Assembly: GCA_045586905.1 (NCBI GenBank)
Contig: JAZNBF010000014.1
Span: forward strand, 15,834-79,833
Length of the DNA: 64,000 bases
Source: Clostridia bacterium
Lineage (GTDB): Bacteria > Bacillota > Clostridia > UMGS1810
Direction of reading: 5' to 3'
The position numbers and the translations under genes are program-made. Positions 1-9,303 of this stretch are shown one piece after another; position 1 is the stretch's first letter; every line of letters begins with the position of its first letter. The notes under the pieces are model-generated. The model saw only the letters and a program-made list of their open reading frames with translations, had not been told where the DNA came from and did not search any database.

Positions 1-677
1 GAAACAGGGCCCTTTATGAGTTCGTGGACAATCGTCTTTTCGAGGCTGTTGTCGGTCATGGTGGCTTTTCGGGTTTCGGAGAAAAGTCTTCTGCCATCGC
101 CATCGGTGAAGTAAAGCGTTATAAATTTTTCTGTCTGGGTTCCCACACCTGAGGGTGAGTCGGTTATGATGCTGTCATTGCCCATTGGCTGAACTATATC
201 GCCTTTGCCCGAAAGGGTTTTCATTTCTTCACCATTGACATAAAACTTTACTTTGCGTATGTTTTCAAACTGACAAAGCGTGCAGATGATGGAATAGCGG
301 GCAAGTAATTCGTCGGAAGCAAAAACCGTATCGGACTTTTTCTGATAAAAGTTGCCGCCAAGATCAATATTTACTGTGCCATATTCGGTTTTGGACTGAG
401 AAAAGCCTCTTAAGGTTACTCCCTTTGGAATTATTCTTGAGTGTTCGGCAGAGGTGGGCCCGTCGAGGAGCCTTTCCATAACTGCATGTACAAGTGTTTT
501 GGTGGTTGAAAAATCTCTTTGAGGTATGTAAACTGTTTCTGTGACAAGAGCATCGCGGGCAGAATTGACAAAATAAAGCTCAACTGCGCTTTGTCCCGAC
601 AAATTGTCAGCCGAGCATCCGCAAAGGCTTAAAACGACAACAAGAAAAATGCTGATAAATCTTATAGCTTTCATCAT
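1..677 (-). CDS. gerM: GerM-domain lipoprotein (3' end runs off the window start)
   Basis: Absent from the ORF track because it is open at the window edge. My minus-strand translation from ATG 677/674 gives MMKAIRFISIFLVVVLSLCGCSADN..., a signal peptide plus lipobox. Two GerMN-like modules follow, each with an L..L..GP motif (VMERLLDGPTS, IVHELIKGPV). The start overlaps the stop of the upstream kinase gene (ATGATGA). Confidence 0.7.
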   Translation of the reverse strand, partial: MMKAIRFISIFLVVVLSLCGCSADNLSGQSAVELYFVNSARDALVTETVYIPQRDFSTTKTLVHAVMERLLDGPTSAEHSRIIPKGVTLRGFSQSKTEYGTVNIDLGGNFYQKKSDTVFASDELLARYSIICTLCQFENIRKVKFYVNGEEMKTLSGKGDIVQPMGNDSIITDSPSGVGTQTEKFITLYFTDGDGRRLFSETRKATMTDNSLEKTIVHELIKGPV

Positions 678-2212
678 TCTTCCTCCTCACTGTCAGAGAT
701 GTCGTGCGCATCGGGAATAATAATTTTGAAGGTGGAACCGTTGCCCGGTTCACTTTCAACCTCTATTGTGCCATTATGATATTGAATGGCAGACATTGCA
801 ATTGCAAGGCCAAGACCTGTGCCGCCGGTGGCTCGGTCTCTCGCTTTGTCGACACGGTAGAAACGGTCGAAGATTTTGTCGATGTCTTCTTTGGCAATGC
901 CAAGTCCCGTGTCACGAACTTCAATTATGACATTTCCATCTTCTCTTGACATGGCAACGAGCACATAGCCATCGGTGTCGGTGTATTTTATGGCGTTGTC
1001 GACAATATTGTATATGCCCTGCCAGAGCACATCCTTATTGGCAAGGAGAAGTATCTCACCGGGTGTGCTGAACACCAGGGTTATGCCTGCTTTTTTGGCA
1101 AGTGGCTGGAGGTTGCGCTCTATGCCCGAGGCTATGTCATTGAGACTGATAAGTTCCATTTTTTTGCTTGCATTTGAGCCTTGCACATCCATCTTTGTAA
1201 TGTACAGAAGCTTATTGACAATTCGGTTGAGACGGTCTATTTCGTTATTCATATCGGTCATGAACTCGCGGACATAGTCAGCCGAAATGTTTGGTGTCTG
1301 GAGAATCGAATCTGCCATGAGCTTTATAGAACTGAGAGGCGTTTTGAGTTCGTGGGAAGCATCCGACACAAACTGCACTCTCTGCTGTTCGAGCATGAGA
1401 ACCTTGTCACTCATAAGGTTGAAAGCCTCACCAAGATGAGATATTTCATCGTGTCCCGAGATATCAAGTTTTTCGTCGAGAATACCGTCATCACTCATCG
1501 AGGTTATCTTTGAGGTAAAGTCAACTATACGCTTTGAGATGAGGCCCGCAGCAACATAAATTACTATGCCGACCAGAAGAAGAATCATAATGATAAGAAA
1601 CAGCATCTCTGTCATGATAGCGTCTATGAAGACAGAGGTTGACTCGGGAATATATATAATATTAATAACACCTATCACTTCGCCCTGAGGATTTAAAATC
1701 GGAGAGGTGGCGTCTAAAGTGACGGTGTTTTCTGAATTGGTGTAGTTTGTAAAGCCTTCGGTACCATTTATAGCTCTGACAACCGAAGGACGCACCTGTG
1801 CAGTGCCTAAAATATTGCGATTGTTCTGAGAATCATAAAGCACTGTCATATCCTGCCCCATCATCATGACTCTCATTTCGGAATCGAGTCCGATTTCGCC
1901 GATAAAACGCTCAAAACCGTCTTTGTCGAGCACACCGGTTTCTGAATCGATATAGTCGCCGGCAAAGCTTGCAACAACACTCGCCATGGTGGTGGCGCTG
2001 ACTTTTTCGTCGGCATACAGATGATTTTTCATGGCATCGGTGATGTAGTAGCTGAAAAACAAGAGCGTTATGAGCATTATAAAGAAATATGTAAAAACCA
2101 GCTTTGTGCTTATTCGGTTAAGTCTGCCGAAATGGCGTTTAGTTTTCGTTAAAATAGTAACCAGCTCCCCACTTAGTAAGCAGATATTTGGGTTCTGCAG
2201 CATTTGGCTCAA
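674..2212 (-). CDS. Sensor histidine kinase (HAMP-HisKA-HATPase)
   Basis: 512-aa ORF with two TM segments flanking an extracytoplasmic domain. H-box SHELKTPLSSI; N/G boxes DNAIKYT, DTGLGI, GGTGLGLAI. The listed ATG overlaps the regulator gene by 74 nt, so the true start is uncertain. Confidence 0.9.
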   Translation of the reverse strand: MSQMLQNPNICLLSGELVTILTKTKRHFGRLNRISTKLVFTYFFIMLITLLFFSYYITDAMKNHLYADEKVSATTMASVVASFAGDYIDSETGVLDKDGFERFIGEIGLDSEMRVMMMGQDMTVLYDSQNNRNILGTAQVRPSVVRAINGTEGFTNYTNSENTVTLDATSPILNPQGEVIGVINIIYIPESTSVFIDAIMTEMLFLIIMILLLVGIVIYVAAGLISKRIVDFTSKITSMSDDGILDEKLDISGHDEISHLGEAFNLMSDKVLMLEQQRVQFVSDASHELKTPLSSIKLMADSILQTPNISADYVREFMTDMNNEIDRLNRIVNKLLYITKMDVQGSNASKKMELISLNDIASGIERNLQPLAKKAGITLVFSTPGEILLLANKDVLWQGIYNIVDNAIKYTDTDGYVLVAMSREDGNVIIEVRDTGLGIAKEDIDKIFDRFYRVDKARDRATGGTGLGLAIAMSAIQYHNGTIEVESEPGNGSTFKIIIPDAHDISDSEEEE

Positions 2213-2822
2213 TCTTTTCGCGAAGTCTTCTTATGTGCACATCAACAGTTCGTGCATCGCCGGGGTAGTCATAGCCCCAGATGAGATCGAGCAAATTGTC
2301 ACGGCTGTATACTCTGCCGGGATTGGAAACCAAAAGGTCGCAAAGATCAAACTCTTTGGAAGTCAGATCGGTTGTTACACCGTTAATTGTTATTTTCCTT
2401 TGATTGTAGTCAAGCTCTACGGAGCCTATTCTTACCTTTGTGCGATCTCCCTTGGGAGCTATGGGAGTGACTCTGCGCATTATTGCCTTGACACGCGCTT
2501 TGAGTTCGAGAATATTGAAAGGTTTTGTTATGTAGTCGTCGGCGCCATATTCGAGGCCGAGAATTTTGTCCATGTCTTCAGTTTTGGCTGTGAGCATGAT
2601 GATCGGAACATTGGAAAACTCCCTCACCTTCTGGCAGACCGAAAGTCCGTCGAGTTTTGGGAGCATAAGATCGAGAATTATAAGGTCTAAATTTTTATCA
2701 CGGGAAAGACGCAGTGCCTCTTCGCCATCATATGCACTTTCAACCTCATAGCCTTCCTGCTCGAAGTTGAACTTCATACCTTTTACAAGAAGCTTTTCGT
2801 CGTCTACAATCAATATTTTCAT
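2139..2822 (-). CDS. OmpR/PhoB-family response regulator
   Basis: 227 aa. Receiver domain (MKILIVDDE..., DLIILDLMLP phospho-Asp motif) plus a winged-helix output domain (...VHIRRLREKIE...LLTKWGAGYYF). Confidence 0.93.
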   Translation of the reverse strand: MKILIVDDEKLLVKGMKFNFEQEGYEVESAYDGEEALRLSRDKNLDLIILDLMLPKLDGLSVCQKVREFSNVPIIMLTAKTEDMDKILGLEYGADDYITKPFNILELKARVKAIMRRVTPIAPKGDRTKVRIGSVELDYNQRKITINGVTTDLTSKEFDLCDLLVSNPGRVYSRDNLLDLIWGYDYPGDARTVDVHIRRLREKIEPNAAEPKYLLTKWGAGYYFNEN

Positions 2823-2827
2823 ATAAA

Positions 2828-3391
2828 TTAACCTCCGACTTTTATTAAATCCTTAATCTTGTCATACCTGCTATTGCCAAATCCCTTAATATTTTTTATT
2901 TCTTCTGTGGTTTTAAAACCGTCATTTACCTTACGGTAGTTGATGATATCAAGAGCCAGTGCCTCACCTACACCGGGAAGCGATGTGAGTTCCGACAGTG
3001 TTGCTGTGTTTATGTTGCATCTGTTATCACTGCCAAAAGAGTGAGAAAGCTTTGGTTTATAATCGTGACCTTGTGATTTTGCCACAGTAACGGTGCATGG
3101 CACGGTCATTAGCTGAGCCAGATTTACACTTTTCGGATCACCATCTTTTGTGAGACCGTCTGCCATGTATATTACATCGTGAAGCGGGGTACCCAGAGGC
3201 ACAGAATATTTCCCGGGTGATTTGACCTCACCTTTTAATTCTATGATAATCTCCTCTTCGGATGCGCGACCGGTACCGGTGATGCTGATTGGCTTGTCAC
3301 TTTCATGCTGTGAAAGATACATGCCCGTAAACATCATTGCAAAAAAGACAATCACACACAAAATCATGCTAAGAGCTGTTTTCAGTTTCAT
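2828..3391 (-). CDS. comEA: ComEA-family helix-hairpin-helix DNA-binding protein
   Basis: 187 aa with an N-terminal TM, an SLBB-like middle and a C-terminal tandem HhH (NINTATLSELTSLPGVGEALALDIINYR...IKGFGNSRYDKIKDLI). Confidence 0.85.
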   Translation of the reverse strand: MKLKTALSMILCVIVFFAMMFTGMYLSQHESDKPISITGTGRASEEEIIIELKGEVKSPGKYSVPLGTPLHDVIYMADGLTKDGDPKSVNLAQLMTVPCTVTVAKSQGHDYKPKLSHSFGSDNRCNINTATLSELTSLPGVGEALALDIINYRKVNDGFKTTEEIKNIKGFGNSRYDKIKDLIKVGG

Positions 3392-3394
3392 GAT

Positions 3395-4492
3395 TTATTC
3401 AAGGAAATCTTTTAATTTTTTGCTTCTGCTGGGATGACGGAGTTTGCGAAGAGCCTTGGCTTCAATCTGACGAATTCTCTCACGGGTAACCTTGAATTCT
3501 CTGCCTACCTCTTCAAGAGTTCTCGCTCTGCCATCATCAAGACCGAAGCGCAGTCTGAGAACTTTTGCTTCTCTTGGTGTGAGGGTATCTAATACACTAA
3601 TGAGCTGCTCTTTGAGGAGCATAAATGCTGCCATTTCAGACGGAGCAGGAGCATCGGAATCGGGTATGAAATCTCCAAGGATGCTGTCTTCCTCTTCGCC
3701 GATAGGTGTTTCGAGAGAAACCGGCTCCTGTGCGATTTTCATGATTTCACGAACTCTGTCTTCGCTCATGTTCATTTCTCTTGCTATTTCATCGACCAAC
3801 GGTTCGCGGCCATATTCCTGAAGTAGCTGACGAGACACTCTTATGAGCTTGTTGATGGTTTCAACCATGTGAACAGGGATACGGATTGTACGGGCCTGAT
3901 CGGCTATGGCACGGGTGATTGCCTGACGAATCCACCATGTAGCATAGGTACTGAACTTATAGCCCTTGGTGTAGTCAAACTTTTCTACTGCTTTGATAAG
4001 ACCGAGGTTACCTTCCTGAATAAGATCGAGGAAAAGCATGCCTCTGCCAACATAACGCTTTGCTATGCTTACTACAAGACGGAGATTGGCTTCGGCAAGA
4101 CGCTTTTTGGCCTGCTCGTCGCCCTCCTGCATTTTTTCGGCGAGATCTTTTTCTTCGTCACTTGAAAGAAGAGGTACTTTACCGATTTCTTTAAGATACA
4201 TTCTTACAGGATCATCAAGGCCGATGCCCTCGGGAACGGAAATGTCGATTTCCTCCTCGGGCGAAGACTGAATTTCAGCAAGTTCCTTATCGAAGTCTTC
4301 AACAAGCTCAATGCCTTTGGCTTCGATGGTTTCGTAAACCTTTTCGATTTGCTTTACATTGAGGTCGATCTCCTCTAAGGTGTCCATTATTTCCTTATAG
4401 GAAAGAACACCTTTCTGTTTGCCTGTTTCTATAAGTTTTTTAATGATAAGGTTTTTCTGTTCGGATGACATTTCCTGATTGTTTGTGCTCAT
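3395..4492 (-). CDS. rpoD: Primary RNA polymerase sigma factor RpoD/SigA
   Basis: 365 aa. Regions 2-4 are unmistakable ([59 protein letters not shown]). It follows dnaG, as in the Firmicute dnaG-sigA operon. Confidence 0.97.
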   Translation of the reverse strand: MSTNNQEMSSEQKNLIIKKLIETGKQKGVLSYKEIMDTLEEIDLNVKQIEKVYETIEAKGIELVEDFDKELAEIQSSPEEEIDISVPEGIGLDDPVRMYLKEIGKVPLLSSDEEKDLAEKMQEGDEQAKKRLAEANLRLVVSIAKRYVGRGMLFLDLIQEGNLGLIKAVEKFDYTKGYKFSTYATWWIRQAITRAIADQARTIRIPVHMVETINKLIRVSRQLLQEYGREPLVDEIAREMNMSEDRVREIMKIAQEPVSLETPIGEEEDSILGDFIPDSDAPAPSEMAAFMLLKEQLISVLDTLTPREAKVLRLRFGLDDGRARTLEEVGREFKVTRERIRQIEAKALRKLRHPSRSKKLKDFLE

Positions 4493-4507
4493 GTCAATAC
4501 CCCTTTC

Positions 4508-6262
4508 TTATCTTTTGTTATTGATAATATTATTAAACTCTTCCAACGAAAGTTTACCCTCCTCAAAGAGCTTTATTGCTCTCTCGTTGTCTGATTTTTG
4601 TTTGATCTGATTTATGTAATCGGCCACTGCTCTGTCGTTGTCTTCCGACAAAACATCGAGTGCAAGGATGCCTGAAACCAGGTTGATATCTTCTTTTGTG
4701 TCAAACCCCGACAAAAGTGACGACTGCGACACCGGTTCGCCTTTTTCATGACACTCTTTTATGTAGTCGAGTATTTTTTTGTGTATCGGATTTTCGAACA
4801 GGGCGTCGGTCACCTGATCTTTGTATTTGACAAAAACGCGGGCGTCATAAAAAAGCGTGCCTATTAAAAGCGATCTCGTTCTTTCGAGATATTGGTTGTC
4901 ATCATTTGCCTGAGCGCCCTTACCCACAACATTTATATAGTCAGCATTGCCTGTCGGGTTTGAGACGGATTGTGCTCTTTTAAGACCTGTCTGGGATATA
5001 ACAGACGATGGCTGAACTCCGGTGAGAGCAGAAATCATATTGGCATATACATCGAGTTCTACGGTGGAAGATACGAGGCTGAGATATTCTGCCATGGAAG
5101 AGATAAAGCCTATTTTTCCGTCGGAGAGCTTCAGGTTGTATTGTTCCCCAAAATATTCTATTAAATACTCCATGTCTCTTTTTCGTGATGAAAGCAGAGA
5201 ATTGAACCTGTCAACACCGTATTCTTTGATGAATTCATCGGGATCTTTACGCGCTTTGAGGTCTAAAACTGTGATTTTGACATTTGGAAAAGCTCTCAGA
5301 ATGGTGATGGCTCTGCAGGTCGCCTTTCGCCCTGCCGCATCACTGTCGAAGCAGATAACAACCTCTTCAAAATAGCGCGAAAGCTGTTTTGCCTGATCCT
5401 GAGTAAAGGATGTGCCAAGAGGTGCAACGGTGTTTGTGTAGCCATAGCTCATGAGCGAGATTGCATCCATACAACCTTCACACAGTATGCAGAATTTTTC
5501 TTTTGATTTGCGGGCAATGTTTAAACCGTACAAATTTTTCTGTTTGCTGAAAACAGGAGTTTCGCGTGTGTTGATGTATTTTGGGAGAGAATTGTCAAGT
5601 ACTCTTGCGCTGAAGCCTATGACATTTGAATTGGCATCGAAGATGGTGATGGTGAGACGGTTGCGAAAGAAGTCGTAATATCGGCCGCTGTCGTGCTTCT
5701 GAATAAGGCCTGCGTCGAATATGTCGGATTCGGTGTAGCCTTTTGATTTGAGATGGTCGAAAAGGCTTGTCCACGAATCGGGAGCATAGCCAAGCCAGAA
5801 AGCCTTGACAACAGATGCAGATATCTGACGTTTTTTGAAATAGTCTATTATGACGGGACTCGTCTTTACATTGGAATAGAAAAACTCGGCAGCGTCCCGG
5901 TTTATGGCGTGGAGCAGTTCTGCCTTTTCTTTGCGCTTTTGTTGCTTGTCGGCATCGAAGCTATTGACCTCGGGGAGCTGAATATTTGCTCTGGCGGCAA
6001 GCTTCTGGACAGCTTCGACAAAAGAAAGATTGTCATTTTTCATAACAAAGCCTATAACATCGCCGCCCTCGCCACAGCCGAAGCATTTGAATATGCCACG
6101 TTTGGAAGAAACTGAAAACGAGGGGGTTTTTTCGTTGTGAAAAGGACAGAGGCCTATGTAGGAGGCTCCTGATTTTTTTAGTGGTACAGTCTGAGAGACA
6201 ACATCATATATATCGTTTTTGTCGGCTATTTCACGGATTATATAGTCGGGAAATACACTCAT
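4508..6262 (-). CDS. dnaG: DNA primase DnaG
   Basis: Zinc-finger motif CPFHNEKTPSFSVS...FKCFGCGEGGD and a TOPRIM region (ILCEGCMDAISL, FDSDAAG). I prefer ATG 6262, which sits 7 nt after the AAGGTGG SD, over the track's GTG 6274, which lies inside the SD. Confidence 0.95.
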   Translation of the reverse strand: MSVFPDYIIREIADKNDIYDVVSQTVPLKKSGASYIGLCPFHNEKTPSFSVSSKRGIFKCFGCGEGGDVIGFVMKNDNLSFVEAVQKLAARANIQLPEVNSFDADKQQKRKEKAELLHAINRDAAEFFYSNVKTSPVIIDYFKKRQISASVVKAFWLGYAPDSWTSLFDHLKSKGYTESDIFDAGLIQKHDSGRYYDFFRNRLTITIFDANSNVIGFSARVLDNSLPKYINTRETPVFSKQKNLYGLNIARKSKEKFCILCEGCMDAISLMSYGYTNTVAPLGTSFTQDQAKQLSRYFEEVVICFDSDAAGRKATCRAITILRAFPNVKITVLDLKARKDPDEFIKEYGVDRFNSLLSSRKRDMEYLIEYFGEQYNLKLSDGKIGFISSMAEYLSLVSSTVELDVYANMISALTGVQPSSVISQTGLKRAQSVSNPTGNADYINVVGKGAQANDDNQYLERTRSLLIGTLFYDARVFVKYKDQVTDALFENPIHKKILDYIKECHEKGEPVSQSSLLSGFDTKEDINLVSGILALDVLSEDNDRAVADYINQIKQKSDNERAIKLFEEGKLSLEEFNNIINNKR

Positions 6263-6347
6263 TTTCTGCACCACCTTTCGTTTTTATTCATATATAAATA
6301 ATTCGACAAATTATGCAAAAATCCTTTTTGGGCAAGGTGATTTTGAT

Positions 6348-7334
6348 TTATTTTGCACCCGAAAAAAGATCACTGTATACATTTATGCAGTAATTGTCTG
6401 TCATGCCTGCTATATAGTCGCAAATTACCGTATGGATATCATACTTCTTTAAGAGGAGCTTATATTCTTCGGGAAGTTTGTCTCTGTGGGAAAGAAGATA
6501 TTTATATATTTTTTCTATTATAATGAGTGAGTGTTCATCTCTGTCACGCATTTTATTGTATACATTTTTAAACATAAAATCACGAAGAGACATCATATAG
6601 TCTTCTGTCTCACGGGACATAGAAACCGTGCCGCTTTCAAGACTCTGATACACAAGGTCTGTTATGAGATAGTCAATTCGTTCAGAATTGGTGTGGCCTA
6701 AAGTTTCGAGCAAATGATGAGGGATGTCAGATGAGTTTATTACTCCCGCTCTTACTGCATCGTCGATGTCGTGATTTATGTATGCTATACGGTCGGCAAA
6801 TTTTACTATGACACCTTCCTGCGTGCATGCTATATTATCTCCCGTATGATTGACAATACCGTCGCGAACCTCATAGGTGAGATTCATACCCTCACCGTTG
6901 CGTTCAAGTATATCAACAACTCTCAGGCTCTGCTTATAATGCTTAAATCCGTGCGGTGAAAGCGCATCGAGAGCCCTTTCTCCCGAATGCCCGAAAGGAG
7001 TGTGGCCGAGGTCGTGGCCAAGAGAAATTGCCTCGCATAAATCTTCATTGAGGCTGAGCGCACGGGCTATTGTGCGCGCAATCTGAGACACCTCCAAAGT
7101 GTGAGTGAGACGGGTACGGTGGTGGTCATTATCAAGAGAAATGAAAACCTGGGTTTTATGTTTTAATCGGCGAAAAGCTTTGGAATGAATTATACGGTCA
7201 CGGTCGCGGGCAAAAGCCGTGCGAAGCGGGCATTTTTCTTCCAGTATCATTCTGCCTTTTGTGTTTGCTGAAAGAGTTGCCTTGTCTGAAAGCATCAGTT
7301 TTTCGAGTTGTTCCCTTTTTTCGCGAATGTTCAT
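6348..7334 (-). CDS. dgt: dGTP triphosphohydrolase-like HD-domain protein
   Basis: 328 aa with HD-domain motifs RLTHTLEVSQIAR and GHDLGHTPFGH. It sits upstream of dnaG, as is common in Clostridia. Confidence 0.88.
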   Translation of the reverse strand: MNIREKREQLEKLMLSDKATLSANTKGRMILEEKCPLRTAFARDRDRIIHSKAFRRLKHKTQVFISLDNDHHRTRLTHTLEVSQIARTIARALSLNEDLCEAISLGHDLGHTPFGHSGERALDALSPHGFKHYKQSLRVVDILERNGEGMNLTYEVRDGIVNHTGDNIACTQEGVIVKFADRIAYINHDIDDAVRAGVINSSDIPHHLLETLGHTNSERIDYLITDLVYQSLESGTVSMSRETEDYMMSLRDFMFKNVYNKMRDRDEHSLIIIEKIYKYLLSHRDKLPEEYKLLLKKYDIHTVICDYIAGMTDNYCINVYSDLFSGAK

Positions 7335-7346
7335 TCAAAGTACCCC

Positions 7347-7925
7347 TTATCTGTTTTTTGTGAGTTCTTCATATAATCTTTGGGCAGCAAGATGCGCACG
7401 CGAAATGGCAAACTCGTCGGAGCGTGCATCTTTCTGGGCACATACGCCCATGTGGCCTGCACCACCTGTCGATGACGGACCTACGATTGTCATCCCGTCT
7501 ACAAGCATGCAGTCGTGAATGGCATCAACGGTTTTTTCCTGGCCACCGTATTTGGAAGCACCACAGGAAATTGCAAGACCAAGCTTGCCGAGAAGTGCGC
7601 TGTTTGCCCTCAGGTCACGTGTCTTATCGAAAATGCATTTGAGCTGTGCACTCATTGTGCCGAAATATACAGGGCTTGCAAAAATTATTGCATCGGCATT
7701 TTTCATTGCATCAAAAAGAGAGGTGAGCTTTTTGCCATAGCATATCTTTGCACATGGCGAGGTGCAGGATATGCAAAAAGGATGAGCGCAGTCGGAAACT
7801 GCCTCATGTGCACTGAAAACCTCTGTCTCACAGCCTTTTTCCCTGAGGTCGTTCAAAACAGTGTTTATAAGGAAGGCACAGTTGCCGTCTTTGTTGTGAC
7901 TGCCGTTTACAGCAATTATTTTCAT
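7347..7925 (-). CDS. Flavodoxin-like / NADPH-dependent FMN reductase family protein (iron-sulfur flavoprotein-like)
   Basis: 192 aa. N-terminus MKIIAVNGSHNKDGN is typical of the FMN_red / flavodoxin-like fold, with a Cys-rich insert (CAHPFCISCTSPCAKIC). Confidence 0.7.
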   Translation of the reverse strand: MKIIAVNGSHNKDGNCAFLINTVLNDLREKGCETEVFSAHEAVSDCAHPFCISCTSPCAKICYGKKLTSLFDAMKNADAIIFASPVYFGTMSAQLKCIFDKTRDLRANSALLGKLGLAISCGASKYGGQEKTVDAIHDCMLVDGMTIVGPSSTGGAGHMGVCAQKDARSDEFAISRAHLAAQRLYEELTKNR

Positions 7926-7986
7926 TATATGTACCCTCTTTCAATATTCTTTTTAAATTTATTAAAATTCTACTTAATATATACTA

Positions 7987-8026
7987 CAAAAAAAAGGGAA
8001 TTCCTTTTTTACAAAAGGAATTCCCC
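7987..8026 (-). terminator. Rho-independent terminator after the 3' half of the split gene
   Basis: A 9-bp GC-containing stem (GGGAATTCC 7996-8004 / GGAATTCCC 8017-8025) is followed on the minus strand by T8. There is also a T-run on the plus side, so it is bidirectional. Confidence 0.8.
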
Positions 8027-8031
8027 GTTTT

Positions 8032-8415
8032 TTATCTGCAACCGCAGTCGCCTATTGTGGTTTCAAGACTATCGAAGTGACATTTTTCGGGTGGGAAAAA
8101 TTCATCAACCGGGAAGCTTAATCTGTCGAAAAGCTCACAGGGGTTGTTGTCGATTGACTGAATGCAATCACCCTGAGGGATACAGAAATCGATAACAGGG
8201 ATGCAAAGCTCTACCTTGCGGGTGAGACGGACAATGGTGAAAAGACCGATTGTGACATATACCTTTTTGCCATCGGTTGTATCGACCAAAATGTCGTCAA
8301 ACACACACGAGATGTCTTCGGGAACAGATGACACATCCATTTCACCGCAACAGCAGCATGAGTTATCAGTTGCGTCTACAACTCTTGTTGCAAGACAGAT
8401 GGGGTCTACAACTTC
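8032..8415 (-). CDS. 3' half of a split Cys-rich gene (no start codon of its own at the junction)
   Basis: The track ORF 8032..8340 (102 aa) is open for a further 35 codons upstream. Host-derived reading from the crossover core is EVVDPICLATRVVDATDNSCCCCGE-MDVSS...DCGCR*. It continues in frame from the 5' half at 17333 once 8414-17322 is removed. Confidence 0.75.
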   Translation of the reverse strand, partial: EVVDPICLATRVVDATDNSCCCCGEMDVSSVPEDISCVFDDILVDTTDGKKVYVTIGLFTIVRLTRKVELCIPVIDFCIPQGDCIQSIDNNPCELFDRLSFPVDEFFPPEKCHFDSLETTIGDCGCR

Positions 8416-8427
8416 TGTTTGTGACAG
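8402..8427. repeat. Left junction (attL-like) of the intervening element
   Basis: GGGTCTACAACT-TC-TGTTTGTGACAG. The 10-nt run TCTGTTTGTG (8414-8423) is identical to 17323-17332. The right arm matches the right-junction dyad at 10/12 positions. Confidence 0.7.
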
Positions 8428-9266
8428 CTTTTTTCGCGTTGCTTTTCAAGCGTGAGTTGAGCTTTATCGAAGGTTCTTTTTGATATTATGGCAAGCTGGG
8501 GCAAGTGATGGACATAGTTTTCCTCAATGGGCAAAACCCTTCTTGTGCTTTCCATAAAATCGACCGTCTCGCTTTTGTTGTTGACGAGAATACCACAGTA
8601 TATGGGGTTTGACAAAATCCGTCTGATAGTTTTGGCATTCCATTGTTTGCCAAACTTTGTAGGTGTATTTTTTTCGTTAAGATGGGCGGCAATTTTCCGA
8701 AGTCCCATGTCGGATTTTGTGTAGAGGGAAAAAATCTTTTTTACAACTTTGCTCTCGACTTTATTCACACAAAGTGAGTATGTACCTGTTTTATCGTAAC
8801 CATATATGAGCGGCGGCGTTCTTCCCTTGCCTGCCGAAACCTTTTTGCCGAAAATTATTCTTTTTGATAAGTTGTAGGACTCTTCCTGCGCAATGGCAGC
8901 AAACATTGTGAGGGCAAATTCGGACTCTCCTAAAGTGTCCATGTTGCACGAGAGAAATCTCACATCGATGCCTCTTGATTTGAGTGTTCGTATGCCTACA
9001 AGAAAATCTACCGTGTTGCGCGCAAAGCGGCTGATGTCCTTAACAACGAGCATATCGAAAGTATGATTTTTGCTTTCATCAAGCATTGAAGAAAAAGCCT
9101 CACGGTTTTTAAGAGCTTTGCCGCTGATGCCTCGGTCGGCATAGATTTTAACAAGGTTATAATTGTATTTTTTTGCATATTCTTCGAAGAAAGCTTTTTG
9201 ATTTTCGAGTGATGACAATTGCTTTTCGCTTTTGGTTGACACTCTGCAATAAGCAGCGATATTCAT
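8406..9266 (-). CDS. Serine recombinase (resolvase catalytic domain plus 'recombinase' domain; no zinc-ribbon/coiled-coil)
   Basis: 286 aa with nucleophile motif AAYCRVSTKS and E-helix AIAQEESYNLSKRI. Recombinase-domain signatures are WNAKTIRRILSNPIYCG and LAIISKRTFDKAQ. The ORF reads across the crossover core and stops 5 nt beyond it. Confidence 0.9.
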   Translation of the reverse strand: MNIAAYCRVSTKSEKQLSSLENQKAFFEEYAKKYNYNLVKIYADRGISGKALKNREAFSSMLDESKNHTFDMLVVKDISRFARNTVDFLVGIRTLKSRGIDVRFLSCNMDTLGESEFALTMFAAIAQEESYNLSKRIIFGKKVSAGKGRTPPLIYGYDKTGTYSLCVNKVESKVVKKIFSLYTKSDMGLRKIAAHLNEKNTPTKFGKQWNAKTIRRILSNPIYCGILVNNKSETVDFMESTRRVLPIEENYVHHLPQLAIISKRTFDKAQLTLEKQREKSCHKQKL

Positions 9267-9303
9267 AAAAAAACCTCCTTGCTACAAGTGTATGCAAAGG
9301 AGG
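9267..9303 (-). terminator. Intrinsic terminator after the 397-aa SLH gene; its 3' arm is the recombinase Shine-Dalgarno
   Basis: Minus strand reads CCTCCTTTGC-atacacttgta-GCAAGGAGG-TTTTTTT-ATG. This is a 9-bp stem with one bulge. The U-run serves as the spacer between the SD and the recombinase ATG (9266). Confidence 0.65.

Noticed and set aside
674-2212. The 74-nt overlap between the kinase and regulator genes as a programmed feature.
   Set aside because: It is more likely an artefact of choosing the longest ATG ORF. I could not identify the true (possibly non-ATG) start by eye, so no claim is made.
2070-2690. A 206-aa plus-strand ORF.
   Set aside because: It is antisense to the response-regulator and kinase genes and is a shadow ORF.
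7515-8195. A 226-aa plus-strand ORF spanning the flavoprotein gene, the terminator and part of the split-gene 3' half.
   Set aside because: It is antisense to two well-supported minus-strand genes and reads straight through a strong terminator hairpin. It has no recognisable domain.
8032-8340. Treating the 102-aa ORF as a stand-alone small gene starting at ATG 8340.
   Set aside because: No SD precedes that ATG, and the frame stays open 35 codons upstream to the junction. It joins in frame to the 5' half, so it is better explained as the 3' portion of a split gene.
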